64,000 nucleotides of DNA, taken from assembly GCA_964016885.1 (NCBI GenBank), contig OZ024740.1, positions 346,022,001-346,086,000 on the forward strand, given 5' to 3'. This document shows, in pieces, positions 58,141 to 64,000 of the stretch (its first letter is position 1; each line of letters starts with the position of its first letter). Below the pieces are notes generated by a model. That model worked only from the letters and a program-made list of their open reading frames with translations. It made no database searches and had not been told where the DNA came from. A program made the position numbers and the translations under genes. Source of the stretch: Eledone cirrhosa. Taxonomy: Eukaryota.

Positions 58141-60812
58141 AAACACACACTTATCAGCAGAAACTACCTACCATCCCTAATCAACAATGGATTCCAACGT
58201 GCCCTAAGACTCTTCATCCAGGAACTCAGACACCCCAAACCCAGGAAAGAACCGCAACAGAAAACTCTACCATACATCTCCACACACAACCCCCTCAATA
58301 ATGAGGCATTCGACACCATCTTCCAGAACATTCCTTTACTAAAAAGAGACTCAAGAATGAATAAAATCCTCCAAACACACAGAATTATAAAGAGCAAAAG
58401 ACAACCTAAATCCATAAAAAACATCCTCACACAAGCCAAAATCCAACAAACCCTGACAATGAACACTACAGTAACAAAATGTGGAAGGCCCAACTGTGGC
58501 ATATGTATAAATATAATAGAAGGTTCAACATTCCATTTTAAACAGTTAGGTTCAACATTCCCAGTTCACAGTTAAACACAACTTTACATGTGCATCTGAA
58601 AACCTAATCTATGTTTTGACCTGCTCAAGTTGTCAAGAGCACTACATAGGACAGACAAAAGAACGCCTCTGACAACATATGACCGTCCATAAATCGCAAA
58701 TCAAAATACAGAAAGATTACGTTTGGTAAACGTATCGCCAATTGTGCACCCAACCATCATCCCAACTTTAACATTTTCCCCATTTACAAATTCATAGACA
58801 ACGCTACTTTCATCCATCGTACCATATTTCATTTAGAAATTCCAACCTCTACTTAATGCATTAAACTTCGGACTAAACTAAAACTGGAACGAACAATCAA
58901 ACATTTACAAGAGTTACCTCCCTCACACCCTACCTAATCCTTTTTCTTAAGTAAATTAAATATCATCCAGCATGAATTAACTCCCCCTGCATATTAACTC
59001 TCTAAAAAGGGAAATCAGATCAAACCCCAGTCCACCATTTGCCTTTATCATGGATCAACTAAGCACCCTTGCTATATTAACACATTTTGATCTGCTTAAC
59101 TTCAAGAACTATGCCTATAAATAACATTATTTTTTCTTTCACATTGACTTTTTATGCTCCATATTACGTCTATTTTTTATTTTTTATTTTTTTACTTTTT
59201 CTTTTTTCTTTTTTCTTTTTTCTTTTTTCTTTTTTCTTTTTTCTTTTTTTCTTTTTTTCTTTTTTTCTTTTTTTCTTTTTTATTTTTTATTTTTTATTTT
59301 TTCTTTTTCCTTTTTTATTTTTTATTTTTTATTTTTTATTTTTACTTTTTACTTTTTTCTTTTTTCTTTTTTTTATTTTTTTTCTTTTTTCTTTTTCCTT
59401 TTTCCTTTTTTCTTTTTTCTTTTTTCTTTTTTCTTTTTCCTTTTTCCTTTTTTTCTTTTTTCTTTTTTCTTTTTTCTTTTTTCTTTTTTTCTTTTTTCTT
59501 TTTTCTTTTTTCTTTTTTTCTTTTTTTCTTTTTTTCTTTTTTTCTTTTTTCTTTTTTTCTTTTTTCTTTTTTTCTTTTTTCTTTTTCTTTTTTCTTTTTC
59601 CTTTTTTTCTTTTTTCTTTTTTCTTTTTTCTTTTTTCCTTTTTTCTTTTTTCTTTTTTCTTTTTTCTTTTTTCTTTTTTCTTTTTCCTTTTTCCTTTTTT
59701 CTTTTTTCTTTTTTCTTTTTTCTTTTTTCTTTTTTCTTTTTTCTTTTTTCTCTTTTCCTTTTTTCTTTTTTCTTTTTTCTTTTTATCTTTTTTTCTTTTT
59801 TTCTTTTTTTCTTTTTTTCTTTTTTTCTTTTTTTCTTTTTCCTTTTTTCTTTTTTCCTTTTGTCTTTTTTCTTTTTTTTTTTTTCTTTTTTGTTTTTTGT
59901 TTTTTGTTTTTTGTTTTTTCTTTTTTCTTTTTTCTTTTTTCTTTTTTCTTTTTTCTTTTTTCTTTTTTCTTTTTTCTTTTTTCTTCATAAACCTTATTTG
60001 TAAGTAACATTATTCTTTCTGCACCATTTTTTTAACATGTCCAACACCACCATTCTACACTAATTCATATTTCTTTTTTCTTTTTCTTTTTTCTTTTTCC
60101 TTTTTTCTTTTTTCTTTTTTCTTTTTTCTTTTTTCCTTTTTTCTTTTTTCTTTTTTCTTTTTTCTTTTTTCTTTTTTCTTTTTTCTTTTTCCTTTTTCCT
60201 TTTTTCTTTTTTCTTTTTTCTTTTTTCTTTTTTCTTTTTTCTCTTTTCCTTTTTTCTTTTTTCTTTTTTCTTTTTTCTTTTTTCTTTTTTCTTTTTTTCT
60301 TTTTTTCTTTTTTCTTTTTTTTTTTTTCTTTTTTTCTTTTTCCTTTTTTCTTTTTTCCTTTTGTCTTTTTTCTGTTTTCTTTTTTTGTTTTTTTGTTTTT
60401 TGTTTTTTCTTTTTTCTTTTTTTTTTTCTTTTTTCTTTTTTCTTTTTTCTTTTTTCTTTTTTCTTTTTTCTTTTTTCTTTTTTCTTCATAAACCTTATTT
60501 GTAAGTAACATTATTCTTTCTGCACCATTTTTTTAACATGTCCAACACCACCATTCTACACTAATTCATATCACTATCATTTGATAATGCATAAAAATGC
60601 TGAAACGGGTAATTAACAATTATTAAATATATAAATAAATAAATAAATGCCATTGTTAATTAATAAATAAATCAACTAATACCTTAACACATTACACAAA
60701 GTAAAATATTTCGTGTTAATCATTTTTTAACCCCGAAAAAAGAGAGAAATAAATAAAAAGGGAAAACAAATATTTTTCTTCCTAATAATCGTCTTTTTCT
60801 CCCTGTTTTCAT
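58141..60812 (+). mobile_element. 5'-truncated Neptune PLE with expanded pyrimidine tract in its 3' region
   Basis: LPYISTHNP, KSKRQPKS, KCGRPNCGIC, FTCASENLIYVLTCSSC..YIGQT; U3-A8 HHR-like motif at 60579-60613. Confidence 0.85.
59170..60485. repeat. (CTTTTTT)n-type polypyrimidine tracts with tandem duplication of an ~85-bp spacer
   Basis: 59985-60070 repeated at 60486-60570. Confidence 0.9.
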
Positions 60813-62083
60813 ATATATATATATATATAAACGGAAAAAAATGAAACGAAATTTCATTTCCCACTCTTAGTACGGCTGTTACTTAAATATAAGTATGTAC
60901 ACGTACATACATACATGTATACAGACGTACAGTAGTATGTATATGTATATATATACATACATGCACACATATGTATATGTACGTATGGATTCACCGAACA
61001 TTTATTATAATGCTCGGTGTGTTTGTAAACAAACATCCCGTATTAAGCCGTAGTGTCCAGCAACTATCGTTGCTCGTTTGTTCAACACTGACAAAGGAAC
61101 GCTGTACTAGTTTCAAGCTTATTAGCTATCGTCAGCAACGTATACCTTCCTGGCAGATTGTTGAACGTATACCTCATGCATATTAACGGCTGAGTAGCGT
61201 TCCCTCATTTTCTATGAGATCCCATATCACTGTTGGATACATACAACCGACGTGCAGTCTACAACCCTGCTTACACACAAGTATGTGTATCGAGATGATT
61301 TAAAAGAAAATAATCTATGTTAGAAGAACTGTGAAATAATGTCGAGTCATTGTGTTTTATGATAACAATGACAAAAAGGAGTCAAAACAAAATTGGAGAG
61401 ATAGGGTTTTAAAAGATTATGAATTAAATTGAACAAGCATTCTTTATGATTGAGTACCGAAGCTGTAAACAGCTGCCAACATTTGTTAATAGTCATGAAA
61501 CCGTGTACCATTATAAACGTTTTGTTCTCCCTGCCACTAGTGTGTGCACCAATACTGTGTTATACTTTTGAGTTCGCATCAAATGACATAGTAAGTATAA
61601 ACTTGGATCGACAAGCATTATGAAGTGGTCACATGTTGACGTATCATACAATATGACCAACGACAAAGCTGTCTTTGACACTTTGCCAATATTTTTCATT
61701 AATGATTTCAATGGTATATAAAATGAAATTTGTCGGCTATTATCTCTCTTTCTGATATAATAGTATATTTTTATGTAATTGTGTTCACTAAAATATCTGT
61801 GTCTGCTGCACTATGCAAGCCTTTAAAAATGGACTTTTCTGTCGTTAATTTCTTGATACGAACAAACGTTGTGTAACAAGAAATTTTCTTGGCGTTGTCT
61901 CTATTTCTTTGGAGTGTTTCTATTTTCTCTACTTACTGAATATATTGTACTTTTCGCCTACCTTCGAAACACAGGATTCCAGTTTACTTAGAATGGACGT
62001 TGCACACACATACGCATATAGATTCACACACACACACAAAAACGAACACACACGGATGCACAAACAACCAAATACACATACAC

Positions 62084-62190
<107 letters not shown>

Positions 62191-62488
62191 AATATAAATT
62201 TAGCGAGAATCGCATTTCGGCGGTAGAAATTAGCGAAACGCAACTTCCGAATTATGTTGACAAGTGCTCAATGGCTATGAAGATACAAGAGCTATAAACA
62301 TAAGTTTAAAAGGTCATACAAAACTGAGACGATGGTTAAGAAGCCATTAACCACCTAAGCCAAAAAAGCGAACAAGCTAAACGGGTCAAACAAAATAAGA
62401 TATGATTGAAATATTTACCCGGACCCTATCTATATATGTATGTATGTATATATATGTATGTATGTATATATGTATATATGTATGTATG

Positions 62489-62546
<58 letters not shown>

Positions 62547-62550
<4 letters not shown>

Positions 62551-62950
62551 TAAACGGAAAAGAAAATGCTGACAAATTGTTCCCACTGAAAAATAGTTTA
62601 ATTAGGAATAAGTGAAAATTAGTAATAGTATTGGTTAGTATTCAGTTTTGGTTTTAAGTTTTACCGGTTGCGCATTTCTAATGCTTTTCAAAAATAACTT
62701 TGATATAGAGCGCCCGTGATGTTTGCTCTAATCTGATTAGTTTTGGAAATTCTACCTGTTTTATGTGAAAAAAGTGGCTCCAGGTGTATTAAAATAAGTT
62801 TCGCGCCAATTCGTGTTGCAAAAATGATTGTGGTCAAAACAATTTTGATTGGTCGGTAGAGGTCATGTGAATGTTAAAAATTGATTTTGCGCCAAATGTA
62901 GGTTTGTGTCGGCTGATCGAGCAGTCACTGAAAAATAAGTCTTTCAAAAC

Positions 62951-62982
<32 letters not shown>

Positions 62983-63073
62983 AGTAGTAGTAAAGAGGTT
63001 CGTTTTTGTGATAATGGCCAGCAGGGATGTGTGTGCGAACCGCAGCCTGTTGACAGTTCAAATGCCTATTAAG

Positions 63074-63122
<49 letters not shown>

Positions 63123-63230
63123 GCAGAGTAATTCGTGGTAGAGGGATGGTCAGTAGGAATGTGTCTGTAAGTGTGTGGGGGATATTTTAATATGTTAAAA
63201 GATATTTTTCGGCTCTTGTCTTATACGGAG

Positions 63231-63270
<40 letters not shown>

Positions 63271-64000
63271 CTATTTGTATGTTAATGTACGCGTGTGTAT
63301 GTGTGTGTGTATATATGTGTGTGTGTGTGTATATGTGTGTCTGTGAGAATGTGTGTGTGTGTGTGTGTAGTGGACCAGTATTTTTGTGATACTGGTAAAA
63401 TGGGGTACATTATTCGATATTTTCAGTAAAAACGATTCTCTCAATAGAACATCAAAAACCTTAATAATAAAAGGTGTGAAATGATATATAGTATTGGCAT
63501 AATACCAAGGTGTGTGTGAGTGTCCAGATTCTACGTACTGCAAGGAGAATCCATTAGGTCTTGCCGTATTGAAATACTTGTGTACAAATATATTTGTGCC
63601 CATCAGTGTGCGATGCATTTGTGCGTTTATGTATGTGTGTGTGTCGGCACGTTTATATCTATAGACATCAAAAGGTATGCAAATTTGTGTATATTTGTGT
63701 TGCACTATAGAACATGTGTGTTTACGTATGTCATTGTGTTTATATGTGGATAGAGATGTATGCTGATGTAGGTATGTATGTTGACGTGTGTATGTTGTAG
63801 GTTCGTCTTAGGGAGAAGTGTTTAGACAGGGTCCTTATTTGTTAATAAAGTGAGATTCTTTGCTGATGCGCTGGGTGTGGGTGGCATTTTTAAATTTGTA
63901 GAGGGGAAATATTCTGAAGTTGGGATGATTTTGGGCGACAGAGGTATCAATGTGTTCACTCAGTGGTATTTTCCTATATTCCCATATTTTAATTTGGGAT
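62547..64000 (-). mobile_element. 3' end of a Neptune PLE running off the window
   Basis: 63820-64000 minus encodes QIK..RKIPLSEHID..FRIFPLYKF..KESHFINK; U3-A8 HHR-like remnant at 62658-62695. Confidence 0.8.

Overview
AT-rich eukaryotic (animal) repeat landscape with no recognisable host gene. The SINE types, the Penelope-like element (PLE) clades and the extreme (TA)n/(CA)n/(GA)n density suggest a mollusc, probably an octopus-like cephalopod; this is an inference. Most ORF-track entries are microsatellite artefacts. The real coding remnants are all transposable elements: three Hydra-type PLEs (RT, CxCx5C linker, GIY-YIG), five Neptune-type PLE fragments (CCHH GIY-YIG), RTE, CR1-like and Tx1-like LINE remnants, mariner, DD37D/maT and hAT DNA transposons, and tRNA-derived SINEs. 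The most notable signal is non-coding. Read by eye, there are roughly 30 type-I hammerhead ribozyme (HHR)-like motifs from many different repeat families, located in PLE terminal repeats and in small non-coding tandem or fold-back elements inserted in (TA)n. Several families carry family-wide core variants: U3-A8 (usually with a GUA triplet), U4A and A9U. Many also have a U.U or C.A mismatch at the base of stem II, palindromic stem III, or long structured stem-II insertions. Two retrozyme-like tandem units (about 539 bp and 324 bp) stand out. All folds are manual predictions and activity is untested.
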